Of a DNA stretch of 64,000 bases, positions 21,674 through 33,295 are shown piece after piece. Both the position numbers and the translations under genes were made by a program. This DNA comes from Gammaproteobacteria bacterium. GTDB lineage: Bacteria; Pseudomonadota; Gammaproteobacteria; JAKEHO01. The notes under the pieces were generated by a model. It was not told where the DNA came from and ran no database searches. It worked only from the letters and a program-made list of their open reading frames with translations. Within the stretch, counting starts at the first letter, position 1, and every line of letters starts with the position of its first letter. The stretch spans positions 61,329 through 125,328 of the forward strand of contig JAPUIX010000183.1 in NCBI GenBank assembly GCA_027296625.1. The letters run 5' to 3'.

Positions 21674-21783
21674 AAGCTCCTATCTCAATTAGGATCGCGT
21701 ACGGTCAGCCACTCGCGCCGCAAATATGGCTAAACGATCCGCTCAAACCAACAGCCTGTATTGCCCGCTGCAGCCACCGCTGA

Positions 21784-23541
21784 CTAGTGTGTTCGTTGCA
21801 AGGCTTGACGTGTCGCCGACAAGACGACGCCCTGGCCCTCGCCCCGCGGGTCGCTTGCGGCCGTGATCGCTCCGGTCTTCGCATCCCATAGGATGGCCTG
21901 CATGTTACCGTAGGGACGGTTAAGTTCCCGAAGTGTATGGCCGCGCCGCGCAAGGCCAATCTGATCGAACTCATCCAGCGCGCCGGGTTCAAATTGCACT
22001 TCGTCGGGCAAGTACTGGTGATGATAGCGGGGAAGACCCACCCAAGATATGGGTCCTTTGCCTGCGGCAAACTCAAGGGCTGCCAGCAGCACCATGGTGA
22101 TGATACGTGAGCCACCGGGCGTGCCAAGGATGGCGATCCGGTCATTACGTTCGAGAAACGTGGGTGTCATACTGGACAAGGGCCTCTTGCCGGGGGCGAT
22201 GGCATTCGCCTCCCCACCCACAAGGCCATAGGCATTGGGTGTCCCCGGGCGCGCCGAAAAATCATCCATCTCATCATTCAGCAGCACGCCTGTGCCCGAC
22301 GGCATGAACGCAGAACCAAAAGGATAATTAATACTCAACGTGGCAGCGACCCGATTGCCTTCGAAGTCGATGATGGAAAAGTGCGTCGTCTGATGTCCCG
22401 AGCTGCGACGTGCTTCGACCTTGGACGATACGGCGCTCGGTGTGGCCTGATCCAGCTCGATGGTGGCGGCAAGCCCCTTGCCATAAGCAGGATCAGTAAG
22501 CCGTGCGACGGGGACCTCCACAAAATCGGGATCCCCTAAGGCGTTTGCCCGGTCGTGATACGCCCGGCGCATGGCTTCGATAATGACATGCTTTTGCGTC
22601 ACGGGATCCATTGCATCGAGATCAAAACCACTGAGGATATTTAGCATCTCGACAAGCGCCACACCCCCCGAGGACGGCGGTGCGGCTGAGACCACACGCG
22701 TGCCCGCGTACTCTCCAATGACCGGAGCGCGTACCATCACGTCATAAGCGGCGAGGTCCGTCAGCGTCCAGATCCCACCGCCCGCCCGCACGCCAGCGAC
22801 AAGACGTCTCGCGATCGGGCCGTGGTAGAATCCGGCCCGCCCAGCAACCGCGATCCGCTCCAGCGTCGTGGCAAGCGCCGGCTGCCTCACCATGTAGCCT
22901 ATCGGTGGCACCTCACCAACGAGGAGAAAAACCTCGGTAGCTGCAGGGGAAGCCCGTAATGCGTCAAGGCGAAATGCAGCCATGCGCCGATACCGCTCGC
23001 TCACGGGAAAACCGGTGCGCGCATGCCGGATGGCCGGTGCCAGGCTCACCGCCAACGGCAGAGCGCCATAGTGTGTAGCAAGATAATCGAGCCCCGCCGC
23101 AACGCCCGGGATGCCCGCGGCCAGCGCGCCGTCCAAGGAAGCGCGCGGGATCAGCTCACCAGCCCCATCCAGGTACATATCCTGATGCGCCGCCGAAGGG
23201 GCGGTCTCGCGACCGTCCAGTAGGCTGTAGCGCTCATCGCGGGCGCGGAATAGTAACCAAAAACCCCCGCCCCCAAGCCCCGAACTGTAGGGTTCCACCA
23301 CCGCCAGTGTCGCCGTCACCGCCACTGCGGCATCAAATGCATTGCCCCCCGCCTCCAGGATCTCGAGCCCTGCCCGCACTGCAAGGGGATGGGCGGCCGC
23401 AATAGCCGCCTGTGGCGGGCGCTCAGCGCAACCGCCCAGGATCCCGAAAGCGAGTACCAAAAAAGCAAGCCCCCGCACTTTAGATACGATCGGCACAGGC
23501 TCCCCATCCACTGAAGTGCCTACCCCGCGCGCCAACTGCAA
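21784..23541 (-). CDS. ggt: gamma-glutamyltranspeptidase
   Basis: 585-aa Ntn-hydrolase with the autoprocessing/nucleophile threonine context (SGHQTTHFSIID) and small-subunit motifs (GTPGGSRI). A lipoprotein-like signal (LAFGILGGC) is present. Confidence 0.85.
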   Translation of the reverse strand: MQLARGVGTSVDGEPVPIVSKVRGLAFLVLAFGILGGCAERPPQAAIAAAHPLAVRAGLEILEAGGNAFDAAVAVTATLAVVEPYSSGLGGGGFWLLFRARDERYSLLDGRETAPSAAHQDMYLDGAGELIPRASLDGALAAGIPGVAAGLDYLATHYGALPLAVSLAPAIRHARTGFPVSERYRRMAAFRLDALRASPAATEVFLLVGEVPPIGYMVRQPALATTLERIAVAGRAGFYHGPIARRLVAGVRAGGGIWTLTDLAAYDVMVRAPVIGEYAGTRVVSAAPPSSGGVALVEMLNILSGFDLDAMDPVTQKHVIIEAMRRAYHDRANALGDPDFVEVPVARLTDPAYGKGLAATIELDQATPSAVSSKVEARRSSGHQTTHFSIIDFEGNRVAATLSINYPFGSAFMPSGTGVLLNDEMDDFSARPGTPNAYGLVGGEANAIAPGKRPLSSMTPTFLERNDRIAILGTPGGSRIITMVLLAALEFAAGKGPISWVGLPRYHHQYLPDEVQFEPGALDEFDQIGLARRGHTLRELNRPYGNMQAILWDAKTGAITAASDPRGEGQGVVLSATRQALQRTH

Positions 23542-23655
23542 TCGGCAGCCACAACTTTGAACCGATGATGATGCGAGAAAAAAGGCCCTTGTTTAGACCT
23601 TTATTGTGAACCCACCGAAACGCGGAGCCTCTAGACACGGGTAACCCCGTGCACG

Positions 23656-24734
<1,079 letters not shown>

Positions 24735-24779
24735 GTGATCCCCTAAACCAAGGTCTGGCTTTGCCGGGGGATCCCCCGT

Positions 24780-26102
24780 CTAGGGAGCCGGATCGACGAC
24801 GGCCGTTGCTGGCTCGCCGCCGACGCGTACCGTGATCATCCGATCCGGTGACAGATGCTTCCTGAACGCCTCGCGTATATCCGCTTGCGTCACCGCTTCA
24901 ACCCGCCCATTGAAAGTATCCAAATAATCAAGCGGCAAGCCATAGAATCCGATCATCGCAAGGTATCCCACTATCTTACGGTTGCTGTCGATGCGTAAGG
25001 GAAACCCGCCGGTAATATTCTGTTTCGATGCCCTAAGCTCCTCGGCGGTGGGACCCTCTGCGACGTACTCGGCGAGATTCGCTTGGAGTAATGCGAGGGC
25101 TTCGTCAGCCTGGTCATTACGCGTCTGAAGCCCAGCGGTGAAAGGCCCGCGCCTGCGCATGGGCAAGAAATAACTTGAAACGCTATAGGACAAACCCCGC
25201 TTTTCCCGGATCTCTTCGGACAGACGGGACACTAAGCCGCCGCCGCCTAATGCGTGGTTGCCTACGTATAGCGTGATCACGTCCGGATCGCTGCGGGCAA
25301 CGCCCGCTTGTCCCACAAGGATATGGGTCTGGGCCGACGGGTGGGCAACACGCACCTCCTTGGGACCGGTCAAGGCAGGCACCGGGGGTAGCGCCGCGGC
25401 CCGCCCCCCTTCAGGAAGCCCCGCGAGGGCGGCCTCAGCCAGCGCCTTGGCCTCTCGGCTGCTGAGATCACCGACGATGGCCACCACCGCATTGCGGGCT
25501 GTGTAGTAACGGGCGTAAAAGGCACTGACATCGTCCCGCGACAGCGCCTGCACACTCTCCGCCGTGCCCTCTGAGGGGTGGGCATAGGGGTGTTCCCCAT
25601 ACACCGCTCGGTAAAAGGCATCTTGCGCAAGGTCACTTGGAGACTGTTGTTTATAACGAAGTGCGACAAGTAATCGACTTCGCTCCCGATCGAGCACATC
25701 GGCCGGAAAATCCGGGCGGCTCAGCACCCGTGACAGGTTCGCCACCGCCGGCTCAAGCTTTTCGGGATCCGTCAGACTCCTTAAGCTCACCCAGGCCATA
25801 TCCCTAAGGGCCCCGGCCTCGAAAATCGCGCCGTTGGCCTCAAAGTTATCACTGATTTCATCGGCGGAAAGGCCGTCCGCGCCTTCTGCAAGCAATCCAT
25901 TGGTGAGCACCGCGACACCGGCATGGCCCCCATCCCGGGCACTCCCCCCATCGAAGATCACGCGAACATCTACCATCGGCAGTTCATGGGCCTCGACAAA
26001 ATAGACTTGCGCCCCATTGGCTGTCTGCCAGTGTTGAATGTCCGGCGTCCCATGAGCTAAGGGCGCAACTAGCCCCAACACAAGCAACAGGCTATTGCGC
26101 AT
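24780..26102 (-). CDS. M16-family zinc peptidase subunit (PqqL/PqqF-like, non-catalytic half)
   Basis: The ORF extends to 26168, but the signal peptide MRNSLLLVLGLVAPLAHG marks the probable start. It has an M16 fold without the HxxEH motif. Confidence 0.75.
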   Translation of the reverse strand: MRNSLLLVLGLVAPLAHGTPDIQHWQTANGAQVYFVEAHELPMVDVRVIFDGGSARDGGHAGVAVLTNGLLAEGADGLSADEISDNFEANGAIFEAGALRDMAWVSLRSLTDPEKLEPAVANLSRVLSRPDFPADVLDRERSRLLVALRYKQQSPSDLAQDAFYRAVYGEHPYAHPSEGTAESVQALSRDDVSAFYARYYTARNAVVAIVGDLSSREAKALAEAALAGLPEGGRAAALPPVPALTGPKEVRVAHPSAQTHILVGQAGVARSDPDVITLYVGNHALGGGGLVSRLSEEIREKRGLSYSVSSYFLPMRRRGPFTAGLQTRNDQADEALALLQANLAEYVAEGPTAEELRASKQNITGGFPLRIDSNRKIVGYLAMIGFYGLPLDYLDTFNGRVEAVTQADIREAFRKHLSPDRMITVRVGGEPATAVVDPAP

Positions 26103-27510
26103 GGCCAGCTCTTTCGGCGGATCCTGCGCGCGCAACGCCCTCAAGCGGTTGCGGGTCCAGCTCGGCAACAGTGAGGCGCTCGTCCGTCAAATATTTCCGC
26201 GCAACCGTCTGTACCTGCTCGGCGGTTACGGCCGAGATCCGCTCGACGTATTCATCCATCACGGGCCAGCCGAGCCCCACGGACTCCAGAATGCCGATTT
26301 GCATGGCCTGGAAGAAGATGGAGTCCCGATCGTAGACGTTCCCTGCAACCACTTGAGCCTTCACACGTGCGAGTTCGCTTGCCGCCACCGGATTCGTCTG
26401 AAGGTCAGTGATCTCATCGCGCAATACCCTTTCAAGATCATCTACCGAATGTCCCTCAGCTGGCGTGCCCGCTATGACAACCACACTCTCCATGCGCGCG
26501 TACAGATTGTAGTGCAGCCCAACACTCGCGGCGATTTGCTTGTCCCGGACAAGCCGCCGGCTGAACCGCGCACTGTTACCCCCGTCGAGGATCCCGGCAA
26601 GCACTTCAAGCGCGTAGGGCTCCCAGTCGGCGAACCGCTCCGGCTGATCCAGGGCCATCTTCAGCACCGGCGCCTTGTAGGCCATCAACAGGTAGGGCAC
26701 CGTCGCGGGAACCTTCACAGTCATGCGTTTCATACCGTCCTGCGCGACCTCCGGCCGGAGCACGGGCAGCACCGGCTTGCCCGGCGGCAGTGGACCGAAG
26801 TATTTGTCTGCAAGCTCCCGCACCGCTTTCGCGTCGACATCACCCACCACAACTACTATCGCATTATTGGGGGCATACCAAGCCTCGTACCAGGCGCGAA
26901 GATCCTCCACCGTTAAGGCCTCAAGATCCGCCATCCAGCCAATCGTCGGGTGGCGGTAGGAACTGGTCTGGAACGCAACTGACATCGCCCGTTCGTGGGT
27001 TAGTGCCGTCGGCTTATCCTCCGTACGAAGACGCCGCTCCTCCATCACGACCCGGATCTCCTTGGCAAACGCTTCCACGGTGAGCACAAGGTGACGCATC
27101 CGATCGGCCTCCAACTCAAAACTAATGCGCAACCGGGATCGCTCGAGTTGTTGGAAATAGGCCGTGTAGTCTGCACTCGTGAAGGCATTCTCCCGCCCGC
27201 CGTTGGCAGCGATGATGCGCGAGAACTCTCCAGGGGGATGCGTGTCCGTGCCTTTGAACATCATGTGCTCGAGGGCGTGGGAAATCCCGGTAATGCCATC
27301 GTGTTCATAACTTGCACCCACCTTGTACCAAACCTGAGACACGACAACGGGTGCACGGTGCTCCTCCTTGACCATGAGCTTCAGCCCATTGTCAAGAACG
27401 TACTCGTGAACCTGTTCTGCTTGCAAACAGAGCGGCATAAGCCCAAGACAATAAACAGCGCATTGGATCAGTTTCACCGGCATGCATAACCTCGTTAGGT
27501 TCAAGTTCAA
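26092..27510 (-). CDS. M16-family zinc peptidase (catalytic subunit)
   Basis: Inverted zinc motif HALEHMMFKG (HxxEH) and a signal peptide (CAVYCLGLMPLCLQA). It is paired with a second M16 gene. Confidence 0.8.
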   Translation of the reverse strand: MNLNLTRLCMPVKLIQCAVYCLGLMPLCLQAEQVHEYVLDNGLKLMVKEEHRAPVVVSQVWYKVGASYEHDGITGISHALEHMMFKGTDTHPPGEFSRIIAANGGRENAFTSADYTAYFQQLERSRLRISFELEADRMRHLVLTVEAFAKEIRVVMEERRLRTEDKPTALTHERAMSVAFQTSSYRHPTIGWMADLEALTVEDLRAWYEAWYAPNNAIVVVVGDVDAKAVRELADKYFGPLPPGKPVLPVLRPEVAQDGMKRMTVKVPATVPYLLMAYKAPVLKMALDQPERFADWEPYALEVLAGILDGGNSARFSRRLVRDKQIAASVGLHYNLYARMESVVVIAGTPAEGHSVDDLERVLRDEITDLQTNPVAASELARVKAQVVAGNVYDRDSIFFQAMQIGILESVGLGWPVMDEYVERISAVTAEQVQTVARKYLTDERLTVAELDPQPLEGVARAGSAERAGHAQ

Positions 27511-27593
27511 ATTAGCGTTCGATCGGGCTTGGTAGTTCGTGGCAGGAAGATGGTAGGATACCGGAACTTAAGCGTAAGGCCTACGTACCATCT

Positions 27594-28571
27594 ATGTTCG
27601 GATTAAAGACGGACGCATCTTTCCCCCGTGCGGCCACGGACCGGCCGAGCCTACGCAATCCGTTCATTCAGGGCCTTCGCCGCACACGCGAAGGGATCCT
27701 CAGCGGCGTAGCCGATCGCCTGCTTGGCAGATGCGCCATCAATGACGAATTACTCGAAGACCTTGAAGCCCGATTGCTGACAGCCGACCTCGGGGTCGAG
27801 GCCACTAACGATATCATCTCGCAGCTGAAAACGCGCCTGGCCCGCAAGCAGCTCGCCGACCATAACGCGCTTTACGGGGCACTCCGGGAGGAGATGCTTG
27901 CCAACCTTTTGCCCGTCAGCCGCCCCTTAGTTCTGCCAAACGATCAAGCACGCCCCTTTGTATTACTCGTGCTCGGCACAAACGGCGCGGGAAAAACGAC
28001 CACTATCGGCAAACTCGCACAACGATTTCATGAGGAAGGGCGACGTGTCCTGCTGGCGGCTGGCGACACACATCGCGCAGCCGCAATCGAGCAACTTCAG
28101 GCATGGGGGGCACGTCACCATCTCCCGGTCATTGCCCAGCACAAGGGCGCTGATGCCGCTGCTGTCATCTTTGACGCTCTGCAAGCGGCAAAAGCGCAGC
28201 ATTGTGATGTACTCATCGCCGACACGGCTGGGCGCCTTCATACGCAAGGCGACCTGATGAAAGAACTGACGAAGATCTATCAGGTCGTCACTCAGCCAAA
28301 ACTCGGGTTACCCTGCGAGGCCATGCTGGTCATCGACGCAAGCACCGGGCAAAACGCCTTGACCCAAGCGAGGGCCTTTCAGGCAGCCCTGCCGGTTTCC
28401 GGGATCACGCTAACGAAGCTCGATGGCACAGCCAAAGGTGGAATCATCTTTGCGATCGCCAAAACACTCAAGATCCCAATACGTTTCGTTGGCGTTGGCG
28501 AGCAGCAAGACGATCTCCGGGTATTTGATGCTCAGGCCTTCGTAGAAGCCTTGTTAGCCGGAGGGCGGTGA
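27594..28571 (+). CDS. ftsY: signal recognition particle receptor FtsY (NG domain only)
   Basis: SRP GTPase motifs LVLGTNGAGKTTT, DTAGR and TKLDG, followed by ftsE-ftsX. Confidence 0.9.
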   Translation: MFGLKTDASFPRAATDRPSLRNPFIQGLRRTREGILSGVADRLLGRCAINDELLEDLEARLLTADLGVEATNDIISQLKTRLARKQLADHNALYGALREEMLANLLPVSRPLVLPNDQARPFVLLVLGTNGAGKTTTIGKLAQRFHEEGRRVLLAAGDTHRAAAIEQLQAWGARHHLPVIAQHKGADAAAVIFDALQAAKAQHCDVLIADTAGRLHTQGDLMKELTKIYQVVTQPKLGLPCEAMLVIDASTGQNALTQARAFQAALPVSGITLTKLDGTAKGGIIFAIAKTLKIPIRFVGVGEQQDDLRVFDAQAFVEALLAGGR

Positions 28572-28590
28572 TCCCCGACTCCGGCCCAGG

Positions 28591-29265
28591 ATGATCCGCT
28601 GCACCCGCGTCAGCATGCAATATCCCGGCAGGCAGCAGGCGTTAAAACAAGTCAGCCTGCACGTCGCCCATGGGGAAATGGCGTTTGTGACCGGACACTC
28701 AGGCGCTGGCAAGAGCACGCTGTTGAGGCTGGTTGCATTGATCGAACGTCAGAGTCGCGGCCAAATCATCATCAATGGACAAAACCTCGAGCGCATTAAA
28801 GGCGCTCGGATTCAACTATTCCGTCGCCAGATTGGATCGATTTTCCAGGACTACCGCCTGCTCCACGATCGGACCGTGTTCGACAATGTCGCTTTACCCC
28901 TCGCCATTGTTGGATATAGTCCTCAGGAGATCGGCCGACGGGTGCGCGCGGCATTGGATAAGGTGGCCCTATTACACAAGGCAAGGGCCTATCCCATCAC
29001 GCTTTCCGGTGGCGAACAGCAACGCGTTGGCATCGCACGCGCCGTGGTTAACCGGCCGCCTTTGTTGCTAGCAGATGAGCCAACGGGCAACCTTGACCCG
29101 GACCTGTCCTGGGACATCATGAAGCTATTCACACAATTCAACCAAGTCGGCTTAACCGTATTGATCGCCACACACGATCTCAGTCTGATCAGGCGGATGA
29201 ATTACCGCATTATCACCTTAAGAGAAGGCCGTCTGGTAACAGACAATCGAGAAGTTGTCCATTGA
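28591..29265 (+). CDS. ftsE: cell division ATP-binding protein FtsE
   Basis: Walker [10 protein letters not shown], signature LSGGEQQRV, Walker [13 protein letters not shown]. Confidence 0.9.
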   Translation: MIRCTRVSMQYPGRQQALKQVSLHVAHGEMAFVTGHSGAGKSTLLRLVALIERQSRGQIIINGQNLERIKGARIQLFRRQIGSIFQDYRLLHDRTVFDNVALPLAIVGYSPQEIGRRVRAALDKVALLHKARAYPITLSGGEQQRVGIARAVVNRPPLLLADEPTGNLDPDLSWDIMKLFTQFNQVGLTVLIATHDLSLIRRMNYRIITLREGRLVTDNREVVH

Positions 29266-30239
29266 TGCGCCCGCAAGGCGCAACAGCGCGCACGTACCAA
29301 CCAACACCTACGCTCACAAAGCGACTAAGTGCATGGAGGTTACATCACTTTCAGGTTTGTATGCAGAGCTTGGGTCAGCTCGTTCGCTCTCCCTTCGCCA
29401 GCTTGATGACTGCGGCCGTTATCGGCATCTCACTGGCCCTGCCAACGGGAATGTTTTTGTTGCTCGAGAATGCACAACGCATAAGCCTCGGATTGGACGG
29501 CGCCATTCAGTTAGTGCTTTTCCTGAAGCTAAGTGTCGACGATAAAGACGCCGAAGCCCTTGCGCAGCAGTTCCGGGCCGATCCTGACATTGGGAAGGTC
29601 ACGCTCATCAAGCGCGAGGAAGCGCTCGCAGAATACCGAGAGCTGTCCGGTTTTGGCGATGCATTGCAAGCCTTGGACGAGAATCCCCTGCCCGCTGTGC
29701 TCATGGTTGCACCGGCGACGCGTTTCACGAATGCAGACGCTACCGAAGCGCTCCTCACGCGCCTCGCTAAGCTGCCCCAAGTTGACATCGCTGAGTTCGA
29801 TCTGGAATGGGTGAGGCGTCTCCAAGCCATCATTGCCTTGGTCAAACGCGCCGTGCAGCTCCTGGCAGCGGTTTTGGGGCTAGCCGTTTTGCTCATCGTG
29901 GGCAACACCATTCGCCTCGCGATCCACAACCGTCGTAATGAGATCGAGATCGCGAAACTGTTTGGCGCTACCAACGCCTTTATTCGCCGGCCATTCCTTT
30001 ACACCGGCCTGTGGTATGGATTAAGTGGTAGTTTGATCGCTTGGGCCGTAGTAGGCGTCTCGTTCTGGCTTTTAGCCGCGCCCGCCCGTGAGCTGGCCGG
30101 ACTCTACCATAGTGATTTTGAACTCTTGGCCTTGTCAGGAGGTTGGATCCTGGCCTTGCTGGCGAGTGGCGCGCTCTTGGGCCTGGGTGGCGCGTGGGTC
30201 GCAGTGACCCGTCACCTTCAGGTCATCGAGCCCCGCTGA
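29262..30239 (+). CDS. ftsX: cell division permease FtsX
   Basis: 325-aa ORF with an N-terminal TM, periplasmic domain and three C-terminal TMs. It overlaps the ftsE stop. Confidence 0.85.
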   Translation: MMRPQGATARTYQPTPTLTKRLSAWRLHHFQVCMQSLGQLVRSPFASLMTAAVIGISLALPTGMFLLLENAQRISLGLDGAIQLVLFLKLSVDDKDAEALAQQFRADPDIGKVTLIKREEALAEYRELSGFGDALQALDENPLPAVLMVAPATRFTNADATEALLTRLAKLPQVDIAEFDLEWVRRLQAIIALVKRAVQLLAAVLGLAVLLIVGNTIRLAIHNRRNEIEIAKLFGATNAFIRRPFLYTGLWYGLSGSLIAWAVVGVSFWLLAAPARELAGLYHSDFELLALSGGWILALLASGALLGLGGAWVAVTRHLQVIEPR

Positions 30240-30280
30240 GTCGGCCCTAGGCGCCTGTTTTGGTGGAACTTTTCTGATTA

Positions 30281-30307
30281 TTAGCACTCTTACTAACTGA
30301 GTGCTAA
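30281..30307. promoter_or_regulatory. perfect 9-9-9 inverted repeat TTAGCACTC-n9-GAGTGCTAA in the ftsX-rpoH spacer
   Basis: Read directly from the sequence. It is followed by AAAATATTTT. It may be a partial terminator/attenuator after ftsX or an operator in front of rpoH. Confidence 0.4.
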
Positions 30308-30345
30308 AATATTTTAGTCGATCCATTATTGGGGGTAATCTTCGA

Positions 30346-31203
30346 ATGAACCATGCGATGATCGCGCAACTGGCCGTTCCGACGGGATCGTCGGACGCCT
30401 ATATTCAGGCGATCAACCGCATCCCGAAGTTAAGCGCCGACGAAGAGAAGGCGCTCGCGGAGCGTTTTCGCCAAGAGAACGACCTCGACGCGGCGCGGGC
30501 GCTCGTGATGTCGAACGTGCGCTACGTCGTCCAGATCGCACGAGGTTATCGTGGCTATGGCCTGCCCCTTGGCGATCTGATCCAAGAAGGCAACATCGGC
30601 CTGATGAAGGCTGTGAAACGCTTCGACCCGTCCATCGGTGTTCGGCTCATCTCCTTCGCCGTGCACTGGATCCGGGCAGAGATCCATGAATTTGTTTTGC
30701 GCAACTGGCGCATCGTCAAGGTGGCCACCACCAAGGCCCAGCGCAAACTGTTCTTTAACCTCCGGGGCGCCAAAAAGCGCCTGGGCTGGCTCAACACTGA
30801 AGAGGTCAATGACGTTGCGGCCGAACTTGGGGTGAGCCCACGGGATGTCATGCAGATGGAAGAGCGCCTGAGCGCCTTTGATCCCACCTTTGATGGCTCC
30901 CCGATGATCGATGAGGATGATGCAGCGATTGCGCCAGCCGGCTATCTTGAGGACCTGCGCTACGAGCCGGAAAGCCAGGTAGAGACGAAAGAGCTTGAGG
31001 GAAAAAATCACGAGTTACTGCAAGAGGCCTTGGGGTCGCTGGACAAACGCAGCCAAGACATTATTGCCAAACGGTGGCTCGATGAAGACAAGGTAACGCT
31101 GCAAGAGCTCGCGAAGCAGTATAAGGTGTCAGCGGAGCGGATCAGGCAGTTGGAAGCGAATGCGATGAAACGTCTCAAGCTCGCGATGCAGGTAACCGCT
31201 TAA
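30346..31203 (+). CDS. rpoH: RNA polymerase sigma-32 factor
   Basis: Near-identity to the E. coli RpoH core ([13 protein letters not shown], RpoH box [19 protein letters not shown]). The start is assigned to [11 protein letters not shown] inside ORF 30301..31203. Confidence 0.9.
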   Translation: MNHAMIAQLAVPTGSSDAYIQAINRIPKLSADEEKALAERFRQENDLDAARALVMSNVRYVVQIARGYRGYGLPLGDLIQEGNIGLMKAVKRFDPSIGVRLISFAVHWIRAEIHEFVLRNWRIVKVATTKAQRKLFFNLRGAKKRLGWLNTEEVNDVAAELGVSPRDVMQMEERLSAFDPTFDGSPMIDEDDAAIAPAGYLEDLRYEPESQVETKELEGKNHELLQEALGSLDKRSQDIIAKRWLDEDKVTLQELAKQYKVSAERIRQLEANAMKRLKLAMQVTA

Positions 31204-31245
31204 CGCCAAGCCGCGGCCTGCGGTTCTGCACCCGTGGGCAGCGTT

Positions 31246-31280
31246 AAAAAAACGGCCACCCAACTCGGTGGCCGTTTTTG
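31246..31280. terminator. rho-independent terminator after rpoH (convergent with ctaB)
   Basis: aaaaaaACGGCCACCcaactcGGTGGCCGTttttt. Confidence 0.7.
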
Positions 31281-31355
31281 TACCCGATACAACAATCGCG
31301 CGCGCACCGCCGGGGCTTCTAGATAAACTCGCGAAGTTTCAGACGCGACAGGCCC

Positions 31356-32267
31356 CTACGACAGAAGCATCGTCATCATGGCCGGCACATAATGATCCAC
31401 GAGCAAGAACGTGAAAAGCCCGATGAGATACAAAATGGAATAGGAAAATGTCTTCAGGGCGAGCCGCTCATCATGATCCCACTGCATCCGAAGCGCATAC
31501 GAGAGGAACCCCACACCGAGCAACAGCGCCCCGATTAAATAGAGAGGGCCGCTCATATAGGTGATAAACGGCAGGAGGCTTACAACAAACAGAATGACTG
31601 TGTAGAGCATTATTTGTAACCGCGTAAACGCAACACCGTGGGTCACCGGCAACATCGGGATACCCACATCGGCATACTCAGCACGCCTGTAGATTGCGAG
31701 CGCCCAAAAATGCGGCGGCGTCCAGGCAAAGATGATCAAGAACAGGAGCAACGCATTGGGATCCACCGCACCTGTAACGGCCGTCCAACCAAGCACCGGC
31801 GGCGCAGCCCCCGCCGCTCCGCCAATGACAATATTCTGTGGCGTCGCGCGTTTTAGATACCACGAATAGACAAATGCATACCCAATCAGTGACACAAGCG
31901 TGAGCACGGCCGTCAGGGCATTTACAAAGACAACAAGGATCACCATGGATACCGCGCCCAAAAGAAACGCAAACAAAATAGCGCTCGCGGTACTGACCTG
32001 GCCCCTTGGCAAGGGACGGTGTTTGGTACGCCCCATCTGCGCATCAACCTTCTGATCAACGATGTGGTTGACGGCGGCAGCAGAGGCAGCCGCTAGGCCA
32101 ATACCTAAGGTTGCAAAGATCACCACCGACAACGACGGGAGCCCGGGTGCCAGAAACATACCGACGATTGCCGTGAACACGATCGCAGACACAATCCTCA
32201 GCTTGCAGAGTGCCAGGTATTCCCGCCAGCGCACCAGCTTGCCTGATGTCAGAGTGTAAGGATTCAA
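31356..32267 (-). CDS. cyoE: protoheme IX farnesyltransferase (heme O synthase)
   Basis: 303-aa UbiA-family prenyltransferase with nine TM segments. Confidence 0.85.
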   Translation of the reverse strand: MNPYTLTSGKLVRWREYLALCKLRIVSAIVFTAIVGMFLAPGLPSLSVVIFATLGIGLAAASAAAVNHIVDQKVDAQMGRTKHRPLPRGQVSTASAILFAFLLGAVSMVILVVFVNALTAVLTLVSLIGYAFVYSWYLKRATPQNIVIGGAAGAAPPVLGWTAVTGAVDPNALLLFLIIFAWTPPHFWALAIYRRAEYADVGIPMLPVTHGVAFTRLQIMLYTVILFVVSLLPFITYMSGPLYLIGALLLGVGFLSYALRMQWDHDERLALKTFSYSILYLIGLFTFLLVDHYVPAMMTMLLS

Positions 32268-32275
32268 TTACCCCC

Positions 32276-33292
32276 TCAGGTCTTCGGATAGGGTTTAACC
32301 AAGTGCAACAAGGTCGCTAGTGTAAGCAACAAGAGCGCGGCGACGCCATTGTGGGCGACGGCAACCGGTAACGGCAAAGCCAACACCACATTGGCGATAC
32401 CTAGGGCGACCTGCAAGGCCAAGATAGCAAAGAGCGTCGCCCCCAAGCGCGCCAGCCCCCTATTCTCTTGAAACACGGCCCAGAACGCCAGCGCGCCCAC
32501 CACGCACACGGTAAGCGCCGCGCCCAATCGATGCATCATCTGGACGGTAACCAACGCATCCAATGAGAGCACGCCCGGGATATCGCCTCCTTCTACCGCC
32601 CGCCACGGGGTGAACGCCTCGCTGAACGCCATGGGCGGCCACCAGTGGCCCCGACAAGTGGGAAAATCAGGACAGACTAGCGCCGCATAGTTGGCACTCG
32701 TCCAGCCGCCCAAGGCAAGCTGCAGCAAGGTGACGACGAGCCCAACCGCTACCCAAGGAACGATCTTCCCGGCCTGTGCCGCGTCTGCCGTCGAATGTTC
32801 TACGAAGAGTTGGCCTTGTCTCAGCACCACCCACCACAACAACACCAAGATCGCCACGCCACCCAAGAGGTGCGCCACCACCACCAGGGGCTGAAGCAAC
32901 AAGGTCACAGTCCACATGCCCAACAGGGCCTGAACGATGACGACGGCCACGGCAAAGATTGGAATCGCGAACTGCTGCCTGGGGTCTTGCCGGTCGCGCC
33001 ACGCAATCACCGCGAGTAACGCAATCAAAAGGCCCAAGAGCCCGGCAGCATAGCGATGGATCATCTCAATCCACGCCTTGCCATGCTCGAGCGGTCGCTC
33101 GGGATATATCAGCGCGGCCGCTTCAGCGCCACCCTCGCCCTGCGGCACGATGATCTCACCGTAACAGCCAGGCCAATCCGGGCAGCTGAGTCCCGCCCCC
33201 GCAAGCCGCACCGTGGCACCGAGCACCACAACACCATAGGCCAGGACAGTAGCCACGAGGGCCAAGCGAAGAAATACGCCGGCGCCCATCAT
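32276..33292 (-). CDS. ctaA: heme A synthase (COX15/CtaA)
   Basis: 338-aa polytopic protein with the CPDWPGC motif, encoded upstream of cyoE. Confidence 0.8.
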   Translation of the reverse strand: MMGAGVFLRLALVATVLAYGVVVLGATVRLAGAGLSCPDWPGCYGEIIVPQGEGGAEAAALIYPERPLEHGKAWIEMIHRYAAGLLGLLIALLAVIAWRDRQDPRQQFAIPIFAVAVVIVQALLGMWTVTLLLQPLVVVAHLLGGVAILVLLWWVVLRQGQLFVEHSTADAAQAGKIVPWVAVGLVVTLLQLALGGWTSANYAALVCPDFPTCRGHWWPPMAFSEAFTPWRAVEGGDIPGVLSLDALVTVQMMHRLGAALTVCVVGALAFWAVFQENRGLARLGATLFAILALQVALGIANVVLALPLPVAVAHNGVAALLLLTLATLLHLVKPYPKT

Positions 33293-33295
33293 CGG

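Noticed and set aside
20924-21733. 269-aa plus-strand ORF spanning the mutM 3' end and the MAPEG region
   Set aside because: It overlaps the zinc-finger end of mutM in another frame and is antisense to the MAPEG gene. It has no recognisable domain and is His/Ala/Gly-rich filler.
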